Positions 41,175 through 56,673 of a stretch of 64,000 nucleotides of DNA are shown one piece after another. Source of the DNA: Epithemia pelagica (Eukaryota; Protista; Bacillariophyta); NCBI GenBank assembly GCA_946965045.2, contig OX337235.1:186001-250000 (forward strand), in the 5' to 3' direction. Below the pieces are notes generated by a model that saw only the letters and a program-made list of their open reading frames with translations, was not told the origin of the DNA and searched no databases. Made by a program: the position numbers and the translations under genes. Every line of letters starts with the position of its first letter. Positions within the stretch are counted from its first letter, which is position 1.

Positions 41175-42280
41175 TCACTCGTTGGGTTCCCCCAAACTCA
41201 GGCCAACCACACCCACCACAATACAAGCCAAACACGCCACTTTGGTCCAATCGCACGCTTCGTCAAAATACAGCATTCCCACCACGGTGACAATGGTTGT
41301 CCCCAAGGCGGACCACACGGCATAGGCAATGCCCAATTCAATGCGTGTCACGGCGACAAACAATCCCACATTGCTATAATATATTGGAATGTGCGATCCA
41401 AAATGGATGGATGGATTGTCGATGTGTAGATAGAGATGCCAAACGGTACGAGTATACCAAGATATACCCAACAAAAAACCATACACAAAGCACCGACACA
41501 GAGGATGGACCAAAAAGTGGGCACGGTCAGATCCAAGCGACAAACCACAAATGTCTTTGCTACGATCTTTCTCGGCATTGGACAATACTAGAGTACGTAC
41601 CCGAGAAAAAACAAGAGCACCGAAGCCGCGAGCAAGAGAGGAATGGTCGTTGTGCTGGTTGTTGTGGTCGCGGCAGTCGTGGTCGTTTGCGAAAGTCGAG
41701 TGGCGGCCGCCTTGAGCAAGGACGTGGCCAAATTTTCCACCAAGACACTGAGCAACAATGCCATCCAATACACCCAGTACGAGGCACGGCCATTCCACAC
41801 TGCATGCCCTGTGATTGTCGTGGAGGAGGATCCGCCACGACATTGCAGCAAAACTTGAGTTGTAGTGGTTGGAGACCCCTCCCAACAAGAACAACAACAA
41901 CAAGAAGACGAAGAAGCGCCAGGGTGGATTACGTCAGGGTTCTTCCACCGTCGTGCCATTCGCTCATTGGTGTCGTCCTGCGAGTATGTTGTTTTGTCGT
42001 CCTGGAAACGACAGAGGTTGTTGTCCTCTCCATCATTGAATAGTGATTGTGTGGTTTGTATCGATTGCCTTTGACCAAGAGCCATTGCGTGAATCCTCCT
42101 CCCATTCGCGCCACGGTGGTGGTGGTCGTTGGACCGTACGTCGAAACTCCTCCAACTGTTGCTCCTCCATTCACGGGACGGCCTCCACCATGGGCGTGTC
42201 GCCCCGCAAAAAGGTGGCACCACCCATTGCAACACAACGAACAATACCAAGAACCGACGGACACCCACCATCCTTGTCAT
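41175..42280 (-). CDS. Small multidrug resistance (SMR/EmrE-like) transporter with N-terminal extension; intron 41374-41600
   Basis: TM1 SVLVENLATSLLK carries the Glu14/Thr18/Lys22 pattern; IELGIAYAVWSALG; GVVGLSL. A GTACGT...TATAG intron joins the exons in the EmrE register. Confidence 0.88.
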
Positions 42281-43101
42281 GATGACCCACAACAAAGGAG
42301 CGAGACTTGCGCAGAACGTGGGAAGTCGCTCTTCGTTTCAAGGAGCGCAACCTTTCTCACGCAAAAGCTATCCAGATGTCGTCGCCCCAACACGTGTCAA
42401 GTGTCAAGTCTTTCCAGAGTTCGATGTGATATCCCGAAGAAAATAATTTGTCATGGTCATTCGGATACAAGGTCGTCCTCCGCACATCAAAAGAACACAT
42501 GCGTACTTCCTTTGTGGATCGGCACCTCTTCTCTCTGAAAAGATCTTGCCGAAAAACTTGCTTCCAATCGCCGGCATGGTGAAGTGCGTGCGTTCGAGCA
42601 GGCAGACCTGCTATCGAGCTCCACAAACTCTCATAGACAATGACGGGGTTTATTGTGTTGTGTCTATCCTCTATCCTCCACTGTCTTTTCAGGGAGCGAG
42701 AACAAAAAAAGCAGCATCATGAATCATGACGACAATTCCGTAGTTCTTCTTTACACAACAACAACAAGAAGATGACGACGAAGAAAAAGAAGTCTGATCC
42801 ATAACTATTGAAACAACTGAAAGGAGTTTGTAGTAGGGCTTGGACAGCCGATTCGTTGCTGTCAGAGCGTCCATGTTGCGATGCATCATTTGCTGCTATA
42901 CCTACTAGTATAGCTTGTAGTATAGTGAAGGGCCATCACCCCCGTTGTCCCATCCACAAAACATTGGAACGGGTCGCCATAAGACACGGCCAATACCTGC
43001 GGAACGATCGCGACTGTTATAGTTCCAGTGCAGGACGCTTTGGAACACAGGAGGTGTAGTTGCGTTGTTTGTTCCAGTATTCGTAGAACAGAGATGAGTC
43101 T

Positions 43102-46038
<2,937 letters not shown>

Positions 46039-46372
46039 TCATGGGTCGCGCGAATCAGCCGCTTGTAGGTCGTTCTAAAGGATCGCGAAAAGATTCCATG
46101 CCAGAGAAACGAAAAGTAGTGCGCTCGCCGACGACGAACGTTTGTGTCATTGTTCGACGGCAAACACCCAAAAGAGGCCGGCCCAACAAACAAAGAACGA
46201 CCCACCCAGCAAACAAAAAGAAGAAAAAGAAGAAGAAGCGTGTTGTGGTGTATCACTCTCTGTGTGTCTGGAATCCATCGCACGGAGAAGGAACGAATTC
46301 GATCACAAGCGAGAGCGAATCCAGGGAATCGCAGACCCGATCGCAGCGGCATCCTAGTACAAGAATAGCACC

Positions 46373-47497
46373 ATGTCCTCATCGTCTTGGTTGGTCCGTC
46401 TCGGCCAACGGTTGGGTTACGATTACGATTGGTTGGCCATTGTGCAAACCATGCAAGAGGTGCATGACGAATCCGTTTGGCCCGGTGTCACGGTACCCAA
46501 CTCGGTCGTGTGGAATACCCTTGTTCCCGTGACCGTGACCAGTACGACCGTCGCCACACTGGTCTTTGTCGCGCTCTGTCATTCCACAGTGTTGGAACAA
46601 GCCGGACTCTTGACGGGTCTGGAAGACGACGAAAAGAACCACCAGCAAACGACTACAAATACAACGACTACTACGACGAAACAAGTCTTGTTGTTGAAAC
46701 GCAAAACCGCCTATGCCGTGGTGAATTTTTTCTTTACCATTCTCTTGACCGTGGCTGGTCTCTGGTTTCAATGGACCACCATGACGGATCGTCGTAGTCT
46801 CTCGAGAACGGAAACGGTGACGGGCTTGGTCCACGATTCTCACATCTTGTACTTGTCGTGTTGGCAAATGGGCTGGCAACTTTGGGCCTTGCCAATTGCT
46901 CTCTGGTATCCTGGCGTGGAAGACTCTTCTGCCATGCTCGTGCATCATGTCGCCGTTCTCTGTGTCACGAGCATGACCAGTTTCTTGCATGTGGGGTTTC
47001 GTTCCTTTACGCCCTACTTTTATGGCACCATTGAAGGCAGTACGGTCTTGTTGATTCTCATGAATGCCTACAAACAACGACCGGCTTGGCGACGACCGGG
47101 CACGGTCGGTGCCGTCCACTATACCCGCATTCGACTCGCCTTTAGTGCCGCCTTTTTATTGCTCCGCGTCCTGTTGTGGATTCCCTACAAGGTGCAATTT
47201 TTACTCTATTTACTGGCTGCCGTCGTGGTCACGACACCGGATCCGAATGATACGAGTCATGGGAGTGGTGGTAGGGTGACCGTGCCCCGTTTGTGCCACT
47301 ATGCCTATGTCGTGAATTCCGTCACGTCCGTCTTGCTCAGTCTCTTGCAATTGTATTGGGCCTTTTTGATTGTCCAAGGATTGGTCCGCTTCTTTGTGGT
47401 GGGCCAACGGAAACAAGAGAAGAAGCAAGATTCCAAGAATACGAATACGACAACAACGACGATGACCGTAGACCACCCAACAAAGAAACACGAGTAA
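46373..47497 (+). CDS. TLC (TRAM/LAG1/CLN8) domain membrane protein
   Basis: Multiple TM segments; MLVHHVAV, GTIEGSTVLL, AFLLLRV, LQLYWAFLIV match the TLC pattern. Confidence 0.85.
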   Translation: MSSSSWLVRLGQRLGYDYDWLAIVQTMQEVHDESVWPGVTVPNSVVWNTLVPVTVTSTTVATLVFVALCHSTVLEQAGLLTGLEDDEKNHQQTTTNTTTTTTKQVLLLKRKTAYAVVNFFFTILLTVAGLWFQWTTMTDRRSLSRTETVTGLVHDSHILYLSCWQMGWQLWALPIALWYPGVEDSSAMLVHHVAVLCVTSMTSFLHVGFRSFTPYFYGTIEGSTVLLILMNAYKQRPAWRRPGTVGAVHYTRIRLAFSAAFLLLRVLLWIPYKVQFLLYLLAAVVVTTPDPNDTSHGSGGRVTVPRLCHYAYVVNSVTSVLLSLLQLYWAFLIVQGLVRFFVVGQRKQEKKQDSKNTNTTTTTMTVDHPTKKHE

Positions 47498-47805
47498 CCA
47501 GTTTCTTGAACGACACAACACCCAAGAGAGGGAGCCATACATAACACACAATCATCACACTAGTGGTCGAGAATTTCATCCCAACACAGTTGTAGACCCA
47601 AAACGACCCCTACACACACACACCACCACAGTGTGCCTCCTTGTTTGTTTGTTTGTTTCGAGTTTGGGGGGACGGTCACTGGAACAACGACACGGGGTGT
47701 GGACCATTCTAGTATTCTATAGACTAATAGTAGAGGAGAGAACGAATTGGGGTCGAGACTGTTTTTCTGTCTGTCTGTCTGTCTCTCTCTCTCTCGCACA
47801 CACAC

Positions 47806-47843
<38 letters not shown>

Positions 47844-48291
47844 CTCGTAGTAGACTGTGTGGGAACCCATCACGGAAACGACTCGCCATGTTCCCCTGGA
47901 TCCCACCAAGCGGTCGGCTCTCGTTCCATTCTGTAGAGCGCTTGTATCTATAGTATCTAGAGTTTTGGTGATGGATGCGGATTCCTCCTCCAAAACAACC
48001 CAAAAAATAGCCACATGAATGATACGGACCATAGAATGGCCATAGAATGGGTCATTGGGAACACGCGCTCCTGGTGATGGGGTGACGACGACAGGATGGA
48101 ACACACGCACCAAGGTGTGTGGCGATTCTCGTCGTGTATCCATAATAGCAGACGACGACGACATGTGTGTCGAATGGGAGTCCAGGAGAAACGGGTCCGT
48201 GTCACAGTTCTAGAATGATGGTTGAGATTTGCACCACACCAACACTCTTGGATTCCTGGTTCGAGGCTTGTCGTTGTTGTCGTCGTCGTTT

Positions 48292-50307
48292 CTAGGGTGG
48301 CTGGGTTCGTCCTTCTTGTTGTCCTTGTCGTCCTTCTTGTCCTTCTCGTCGCCGTTGTTGTTTTCGATTCTTGTTGTTCTTGTGCGGGGACACGTACGTT
48401 TCGGGCCGACTGATTTGCAGGCCAAAATGATGCAAGGTATGTGGCAATTGCGCTTGATGGGGGGCAAACAAGGTGTGCAGTCGTTGTCGAAACTCGTGGG
48501 ACAGAATGTCGTCGGCCGATACCAAGGAATTGCTGGATTTGGTCCCCGCTTTGCGCGGTGGCGTGTACAACGGGAGAGTCGTCAATTGCGTGGCAATGCG
48601 CTTCCACACGTCGTCCCGCGTAGTGTTGTTGTTGTTGTGGTTGTTGGGTTTGAAACGGAGGGGTGCCGTGGCATTGACGCCAATAAAGTCCAAGACCATT
48701 TCCACATAGGCTTGGGGATTGGTGGCCATGTCTTGGGCATTCAGCACCAAAAGTGTCGTGCGAGGACTCCGCCCCATGCCGACAATGGCTTGCAACCACT
48801 GACGCAATTGAATGTCATACAAACTGCGTCCCAAGACGGCTTCCAAACTGGTCGAGGTATAGTCGTACCAAGCCACATCTTGTTCGGGCGATCCCACGTA
48901 GGCGGCACTGGTATTGTCCAATCCCAATTTGGACAGTAATTTCCAATCCTTTTCCACCCACTCTTGCAAGGACAATGGCAATCCTCGTTGTTGCGCGGCA
49001 TGATAATGTCGCAAAATCCGGACAATGGGATCTTGCAAGACCACAACCAGTTGGACCCAGGGTGCAATGCACAACAATCGACGGGGTGTAACCGAACTGT
49101 ACAAGAGGTAGCCGGGCGTGGCATCGAGAGAAATGACATTGGGATCCTGTTGCAATCGACCGGGATCGTAAAAGGCGGGAGAATGGTACAAGCGTTGTCG
49201 AGCGGCATGGACATTGGTGACTTGGGTTGTGGACGATACGTATTTGCGGACATGACCATCCAAAAAGAATTGGGTTTCCAAAGGACCGGGAGGGACAATT
49301 TGCACATGCTTGGTGAGCAATCGGGCCAAGAGCGTTGTACCGCCACTGTATTTGACACCGGCCACCACGACAGCCGGAGCACGACGATGCCAGGAGGTGG
49401 CATCTTCGTACCAATCCACCGTTCGGCCGAAGGGAGCGTGGAAATTACACCATTTTTGTTCAAAACTCCGACTGGTATTGGTCGGTGTCAAGGGAAGAGG
49501 AGGAGGACGATATTGATAGGGAACCAAGGGAGGGAGACGAGAAGAATTGGACGAGTGTCGACCACTGGAAGAAGATGCATGGCTCTGTTTCTTGCTTGGT
49601 GGTGGTGGTGATGATGATGTTTTTGTGGGCAGTACGGTTGGTGATGGTGATGGTGGTACCGTGGTAGGGCGCAAGGATGGTGGTGAAGATGAAGATGAAA
49701 ACTGTTTGGCTGGTGGTTTGGTTTCAGTGTTGTTGTGGTGGTGGGTGGTGGTGGAAGGAGAAGAAGGGTGGGTGGAAGAATCCGTGTCAGCTGAAAAGGT
49801 GGATTGAAATTCCTGCCAAAACGCAAAAGAGTGACTCGCAGTATGAGACGATGATGATGAGGATTCCACCGGTACGATCCCCGAATGATCTACCCCCACC
49901 ACCCCACCACCACCAGGATCATCCTTCTTGGACTTGATCGGTACTTCCAAGGAGGCATCTTTCCCATTGTTAGATTCGTTTGGAACCGTTGTCATTGTCG
50001 TCGTGGGAGTCCCCGCAAGACTCGATGGAGTCGTTGTTGGATTGGTAATAATAGGGTGATGGTAGGAGGGATGGTTGTTGTTATTGTTGGATGGTTGCTG
50101 TCGACTACGTGGTCGTGGATGCATATAGATGTAGCTTACCGTAAAATTGAGGGCCACACAGACCACCGCCACGACACAAACCCACGAGACCAGTTGGCGC
50201 ACTCGTCGCGATCCATAGGAAGAACGACTGTTGTTGTTGTTGGTATGGTTGTGGTGATCCATGCTGCTGCTAATCATCATGGGAGATAGTGAAGACGAGG
50301 AGCTCAT
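48292..50307 (-). CDS. Type II membrane sulfotransferase-like protein (heparan-sulfate sulfotransferase fold)
   Basis: N-terminal TM (LVSWVCVVAVVCVALNFTV), S/T/P-rich stem; PAVVVAGVKYSGGTT, DATPGYL and VVVLQDPIVRILRHY. Confidence 0.85.
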   Translation of the reverse strand: MSSSSSLSPMMISSSMDHHNHTNNNNSRSSYGSRRVRQLVSWVCVVAVVCVALNFTVSYIYMHPRPRSRQQPSNNNNNHPSYHHPIITNPTTTPSSLAGTPTTTMTTVPNESNNGKDASLEVPIKSKKDDPGGGGVVGVDHSGIVPVESSSSSSHTASHSFAFWQEFQSTFSADTDSSTHPSSPSTTTHHHNNTETKPPAKQFSSSSSPPSLRPTTVPPSPSPTVLPTKTSSSPPPPSKKQSHASSSSGRHSSNSSRLPPLVPYQYRPPPLPLTPTNTSRSFEQKWCNFHAPFGRTVDWYEDATSWHRRAPAVVVAGVKYSGGTTLLARLLTKHVQIVPPGPLETQFFLDGHVRKYVSSTTQVTNVHAARQRLYHSPAFYDPGRLQQDPNVISLDATPGYLLYSSVTPRRLLCIAPWVQLVVVLQDPIVRILRHYHAAQQRGLPLSLQEWVEKDWKLLSKLGLDNTSAAYVGSPEQDVAWYDYTSTSLEAVLGRSLYDIQLRQWLQAIVGMGRSPRTTLLVLNAQDMATNPQAYVEMVLDFIGVNATAPLRFKPNNHNNNNTTRDDVWKRIATQLTTLPLYTPPRKAGTKSSNSLVSADDILSHEFRQRLHTLFAPHQAQLPHTLHHFGLQISRPETYVSPHKNNKNRKQQRRREGQEGRQGQQEGRTQPP

Positions 50308-50895
50308 GATGGCATCCAATTCTTTTGTTGCGTCCGTCTCCAAATCACAACCGAAAGAGAGAGAGCCACACTGGCACACCAAGAAAAAGAGTCACACACG
50401 GAAGAAGAGGAACACGTGGGAAAGTGTTGGTAGATCGAACGAGAGAGTGCCGGATGGTCTCTACTAGTGCTGTCGATTGTTGTTATCGTCGTCGTCTCTT
50501 GTGCTACTCGCAGTAGTGATGAGGGGTCGTCGTCTTGTGTGTGTCTGCAAAGTGTCGGTGGTGGTCTTTTTTCTCTTCATCTCATGGTGGTGTGGTCGTG
50601 TGTGTGTGGTCATTCTCGTCGTCAATCGTCAATGGCTTTGTGGACTGCCTGACACGACTGCCAAAAAGATCGCATCTAAGTCGCGTAACATGAAACGCCT
50701 ATGAGTCGCTCTAATAAATTCGGAGTCGGCTGAACAAGGCTGCCTTGAAAACCAACCCGGATCGATGGATCCAAAGAACAACGATCACCAGGTGCCCGAG
50801 TCTCTCAAACTATGCTCTCGCCAATAATACTCCATTACGGCCCTAAAACCGACCTACGCCAATCACTTCTTGTGGTTGTTGTTGTTGCTGCTATC

Positions 50896-52203
50896 ATGGT
50901 TGTCACTTCTGCCACAACAACCACCACCCTGGCCAGTGGTAGCACGGAAACTCTCAAGCTAAGCACGGTCGTTGTCGTCGTGGAACCACCATCCACCAAT
51001 AACCGTACGTTTGTTGTTGTTATTGTTGTTGGCATATCACCACCAGCATGGGTGAATGTGACTGCGGTCTGGAGCGCCTCTGTCTCTATCTCTCTCTCTG
51101 TCTCTCTCTCTCTCTCTCTCATCCAAACTGTCCATTGTGTGTGTTTCTTTTGTTGTTGTCTTGTGACAGAACCCAAGGTTGCTCCTATGGCTGATTCGAC
51201 GACGTCCAGCACCGCCATCGTGGTGGAGCGGTACTCGCAGGACATTCGGTGGTGGCACTGGTGTCCCTCCCACAACAAGAAGCAGGACGAGGAGACTGAC
51301 TCGTCGTCCTACCGCCCGTTGCATCCACCATTCCTACTGAATAGGACTGGCGGTCACTGGGTCTTTACCAATATTGGATTGCAAGCCTGGGAGCAATCCC
51401 GAGCCGCGTGGAGACAACCCAACAACAAGAACAACAAGAGCAAGATCCAGAAGAAGAACCACAAGACACTCCTGTTGGACACGAGTGGCAAGCAAGCCAT
51501 CACCCCTCTCCCAAAGGAACTGGACGACGAACGACACGACGATCCCTTGGATACCACCACCACAACGACAGCCTCTCAAGGCACCAACAACACTCTGTTA
51601 TCCTCCTCTTCGTCGCATGACGATGAGGAGGAGGATAATCATCCTGGTCCAGCCAACCACAACCAAAAAGCAGTATCGTCGTCGTCGTCTCCACCATCCC
51701 AAATAGCTAACCAGCACCACCACCAGCGATGGTGGGTCCGTCTTTCGTCGTCCTCCTCACGAACCCCCTCCAACTCGTCGTCTCTCGTGTCGTCCGATGC
51801 ACCACCCAACTCGATTCGTCCCAGTAGTCGTCGATTATTGTGGGGACGACCATCCTCCTCGCGTCGTCAACGTCGTCGATGGACGCGACAATTGCAATCG
51901 GAACGACACTGTGACTTGGACCAGCCCGTGTCCCTGTCCACCATTGTCCAAATTTATCAAGCCTCGATTTGGCATTCCAAAGAGCATGCCAAGGAAGACG
52001 ACAAGGATGTGGCAGCATTCGAGCAATTGAAGCAACAAAAAGAACAACAACAACCACGAAACAAGGACGCACCATTCCACTCCAAGCATGTGACACCCAA
52101 AAAAGCACCAGCACTCCAAGCAGCAACCGCAAGGCCCGAATCGTGCACACGACGATTTCCTCAAAGACTCCATCCACCACCACTCCAGAAACGAACCAAC
52201 TAA
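50896..52203 (+). CDS. DUF4050/Gag1-like clamp-domain protein, copy A; probable intron 51005-51169
   Basis: VFTNIGLQAWEQSRAAW ... DQPVSLSTIVQIYQASIW bipartite motif; GTACGT...ACAG phase-1 intron. The start may be 50812. Confidence 0.7.
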   Translation: MVVTSATTTTTLASGSTETLKLSTVVVVVEPPSTNNRTFVVVIVVGISPPAWVNVTAVWSASVSISLSVSLSLSLIQTVHCVCFFCCCLVTEPKVAPMADSTTSSTAIVVERYSQDIRWWHWCPSHNKKQDEETDSSSYRPLHPPFLLNRTGGHWVFTNIGLQAWEQSRAAWRQPNNKNNKSKIQKKNHKTLLLDTSGKQAITPLPKELDDERHDDPLDTTTTTTASQGTNNTLLSSSSSHDDEEEDNHPGPANHNQKAVSSSSSPPSQIANQHHHQRWWVRLSSSSSRTPSNSSSLVSSDAPPNSIRPSSRRLLWGRPSSSRRQRRRWTRQLQSERHCDLDQPVSLSTIVQIYQASIWHSKEHAKEDDKDVAAFEQLKQQKEQQQPRNKDAPFHSKHVTPKKAPALQAATARPESCTRRFPQRLHPPPLQKRTN

Positions 52204-53267
52204 GGACCACGACGACGACGACGACACGTGTGTGCACATTACTATATACTCTAGTAAAATCATTACCTTTTACTGTTTCTGGAACCTCGATCGATAGTAC
52301 TAGCAGACAGCAGTATATACGGGGGTACCATGTCGAGAGAAATGGGTATTCGTGTGTGTCGTGGCTCGTTTAGTAGGTTGCCTTTCGTCCACACGACGAC
52401 GACGACGACGACGCATGTGAGAATGATACCCCCCGGCCTCTCTTGTGTAGCTCTATACTACAATAGTTGGGAGTATTCGTGGTAGAGAGTCTTCTCCCGT
52501 GCGCTCCCATTCTCTCGATTCTTGTGTGTGTGTGTGTCGAATCGAAAAGAGGCTTTATATTAGAGGTGCCATAGAGATGGATTCGTTCCTTTTGGATGTG
52601 TGGAATAGGAATGCTGTACTCCTCTCTACCTAGATTTTTTTCTTTTTTAGAATAGCCAGGATAGTTGCGGGATCTGCTTTACGGGACTCTATTCCCGTTC
52701 GTTCGCGAATCAATGGATGTCGTGTCGCAGCGACACATGCCCACGCCCATCTGCTTCCGGGTCATGCACACACGTCCTCGGGACGACACACGTTGGCACA
52801 CATCCGCGATCCGTACTGTGGACCAAAGAGTATGTCATCGGATGGCTCTTGCACCAACGAACGTCGTTCGTCTTGTGGTTGGTTGTGTGGAATGTGGTAC
52901 GTGCAATAGAAAAACGGTGCCACCGACCATAGATAGACACTCTGTGAAAAGCTTCATTCATTTTACCACAGCGTATTGGAGATTCATTCCATTCTCTCAA
53001 CAGAATTGAGCCAAGACAACACAAAAAGAACAAAAGAACAACGTGTGTGTGTGTGTTGCACCATCCAGAAAGAATTGTCACATCCCATTGACCGTTCCCA
53101 AGAACAAGAGGGCTTTGCGGCTGGATTCACCGTAACCACATCTAAAGCTTCCATCTCTCTATTATAGTAAAGAGATAGAGAGAGAGATTGGCTCTATTCT
53201 TTGGAAGGCGCTTCCCCCACACAAAAATCCATCATCACTCTATACTCTCATTGAGTTTTTCAGAACC

Positions 53268-54155
53268 ATGGAACCATCCTCCAAACAACTCAAACTTCCT
53301 AACGAACCTTTACCAGAATCTTTGTATGCTCATGACAACAACAACACCAAGAACGACATGCAGCAGGACCGCACGAGTTCACTCGCGAGCAGGACCGACG
53401 ACAACGACGACAACAACGAGGAGCCCTCAGTGGTGTCTCCTCCCGTAACTCGTCTACGGAACACCAGTGACGACCAGAAGGGTCCACACGGGCAATCCTC
53501 GTCCTCGAGTGGTGGTGCTGGTTGGTGGAAGTGGTGGTGCCTGTTTCGTGCTCCCGCGGCTTGGGTATTGGCATCCTTCTTGTGGAGTACCTGTGTCTTG
53601 TCGTCATCTCACCAAGGACCTCGAAAAAAGATGAAGCGTCATCTAAAAAAGAAAAGGAAGAAGCAAACGCAAAAGAAGATTCACTCCCCTTACTACTACC
53701 AGAAACAATCATCACACCAAGAGCATGCGCACCGTTGGAATGCAGCACAAGGCACACGGTCCACAGCAGCATCACCACACGTGCTTGGATCCTCTGGTCG
53801 TCGTACGGCTCCCAATCACATGTTTCGATTGTCGCAAACCACACAACATGCCAAAGCAGTCCTTCGAATGGGCGATATTCGTACTAGTAGTACTACTACT
53901 ACTACTGCATGGCCAACAAGCCCCAAAGAAGCAGAAGAAGAACGACATGATGATGATCCACCGCAAGGACTGAGTGGGAGCAACCGCTGTCCTTTAGAAG
54001 CCTGGCGTGCCGGTACGAACCACCATTTCTCGTTTTGCGTGTTTGTGTGGTTTGCGGTTTGTTCTATGTGGTCCTTTGTTTGGTATAGTGTCCTTGTTTC
54101 TCACACTCGTGTGTGTGTGTTTTGGTTTCTCATCGCCTCCTTTTGTTCTTGTATT

Positions 54156-54188
<33 letters not shown>

Positions 54189-55631
54189 CATTGTTCTCTC
54201 TGGTTGTCATACTCTACAATAGAAAACTTTTGGGTCCATGGTCGTCCCGCCCAAGCCGAAGACGATTGGTGGGGCCATTGTGCCTTGTCGTCGTCGTCGT
54301 GGGATGATGGTGTGGTGAGCGCATGGGATCCGACACGGACCATGGCAGCAGCAGCAAACAAGACCTCCAGCAGTCGGGAGGAGAAGGACCCACAGCAGCC
54401 GCTGCCGCAGTTGGACACTGTCTCAACCAAAGTAGTGCCACAGGACAACAAGGGGGAACCTCCCAAACAAGAGCAATGCAGGTCCACCCAAGACTTGTGT
54501 TCTCCTTACGTAGCAGCAGTAGATGCTGGTGATGCTGATTTTGATCGTTTCTACTGTTACACAGACCATGACGACGACAACCCCCAGAATGCTGGCACTG
54601 GTCGTACTACTTGGTTGTTTCGAAATTTGGGATTGCATGTCTGGGAACAAGCTCGTGTCGCGTGGAGACGGCCGGCCGCATCCCCGTATTACTCCTCCCA
54701 TACGACTCATGGTCTCCTCATGAAACCATCCTCCTCCTGTCTGGTCGAAACGGTCGATACCACCAGTCGGACCGTCAATTCTTGTTCCAGTCATTACGGG
54801 TCCTCCGTCGTTGTTCCACCACCAGCCTATCATGGTAGTGGTATGGACCGGGGAGACGATGACACGACCGTGGCCACCACCACAACCACCAATACGACCA
54901 ATGGACGATGTTGGAATACAACCCTCGTGTTGGTACGATTGCATCAATGGATGACCCGTCCTCGATCGGCCAGTCTTCCGTCCACCCATACTACGACGAC
55001 TCTATTTCGCAAACAACGGCGACAAAGACCTTGGCATGCTGTCAACAACAACAACAACAAGTCTCTTTGGAAACCACCACCCACTACCAAACGTACAAAA
55101 CTCTTGACTCGTTTTCGTTCCAAACCATCTTCGTCTTCGTTCGGAGGAGAAGATGGTGGTACCGTTTCGGCCAACACCACAACCACTTCAATGGGTCGAC
55201 ACTTGACACGAACCTTTTCGTCGTCGTCTCTTGTTCCAGCCGCATCCAAGAGTTCCCGTGTGTGGTGGTCGTCGTGGTCCGTTTCCCGTCCTCCTTGGCG
55301 TCGGAGACGTCCAAAGACCACTTGGTATACCCGTTGGGTCTTGAAACGACGATTGATGCAAGCCGATCAAGAACAACGCCGTCATGTGGAATTTCTTCAC
55401 CCCATTCCCTTGTCCCAATTGGTACAATTGTATTCCACCGACATTTGGGACCATGATGGCTCCAATACAAATACTACTTCCAATCACCATAGCACCACCA
55501 CTCTCATCACCAACATCCATAACTACGCCCCCAAAAGAGAAAAGGGTCCAAGAATAAACGGAGGGAGGCAACCTCGTTGGGTTCCAAAACCAAGAACGAC
55601 GACAGGTGCCTCCCGAATACACCAACCATGA
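53268..55631 (+). CDS. DUF4050/Gag1-like clamp-domain protein, copy B; intron 54013-54222
   Basis: LFRNLGLHVWEQARVAW ... FLHPIPLSQLVQLYSTDIW; a GTACGA...AATAG phase-1 intron joins ORFs 53268 and 54204. Confidence 0.72.
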
Positions 55632-56673
55632 CGACAGCTACTGCTCCAATGTTGCAATAGTATCATCTACACCACCACCACCACCACCACCACGATGGTC
55701 ACCCCCAAGACTGCCCGACCGTGGTGGTCCTGCCTTCCACGACCGAATCCTGTGCCTGTGCTTGCAACGGGTGACTCGGTGCCTCTCTCATAGAGACTGT
55801 GCACCCCCAACGGGTCCAGGAATCCACAACAGCAGTGAAAAAAAGAGAAACAACTGGAGGGTACTTTTGTCCATGACCCCTCTTGTCCATGACCCCAACC
55901 CCACACATTTGAACGGTCGCGTCCATCTTGTTTGGATGTATATATCACGGGTGGATGGTTTCGTTTCTCCTTTGAACGGGTTTGTTCCTCCGTGGTCCAT
56001 CCTTTCGAGCCGTTCCGGAGCAGGCGAATGTCCATTTCAAGTTGGGGTCCTATTGCTATAGGTAGAGAAGTATTTTATTGATACTTACCAGATGGCAGTT
56101 TTTGGGACTCCTCTCTATTACCAAGGTCTTTAGTATGCCTTATTCTTATTCTCGCACACGTGGTAGACGCTGACCCCAAAACCAACTGGCAATTCCCAAA
56201 GGACCTTTGAGGAGCACCCGTCCGGCCATCCATCAAACATTGACATTGTACTTTCATACACACACACACAGGCATGTCTCTGCATTGTCCGGTGGGTCAT
56301 CTTCCTCCATACCCCTTTGTTCCCGTGCAATATAGCGTCCGTCTATAGGTATTAGTTCATATGCATAGCTGGTGGATTGTTGTCTCTCATACGATTGGGT
56401 CCATCGCCAGTCATGCCTGCTCTTTCCATACGGATGCTGCTACTCTGGTGTAATTAATAGACAAGTAAACACTGGCAGAGGCTGTACAAGAAGACCGTTC
56501 AGAACAACAGAGAATGTATCCGGGACGCAGCATAATGATTATGAAAATGAGAAGTCAAGTCCTGGAAAATGATACTGTATTTTGTGTCATGTGATTGCGG
56601 AGCCTTCTTCCATCCGGATTCCATACATTACAAACATTGCTGCTCAAACAACAACAAACAAAACAAAAGATCG

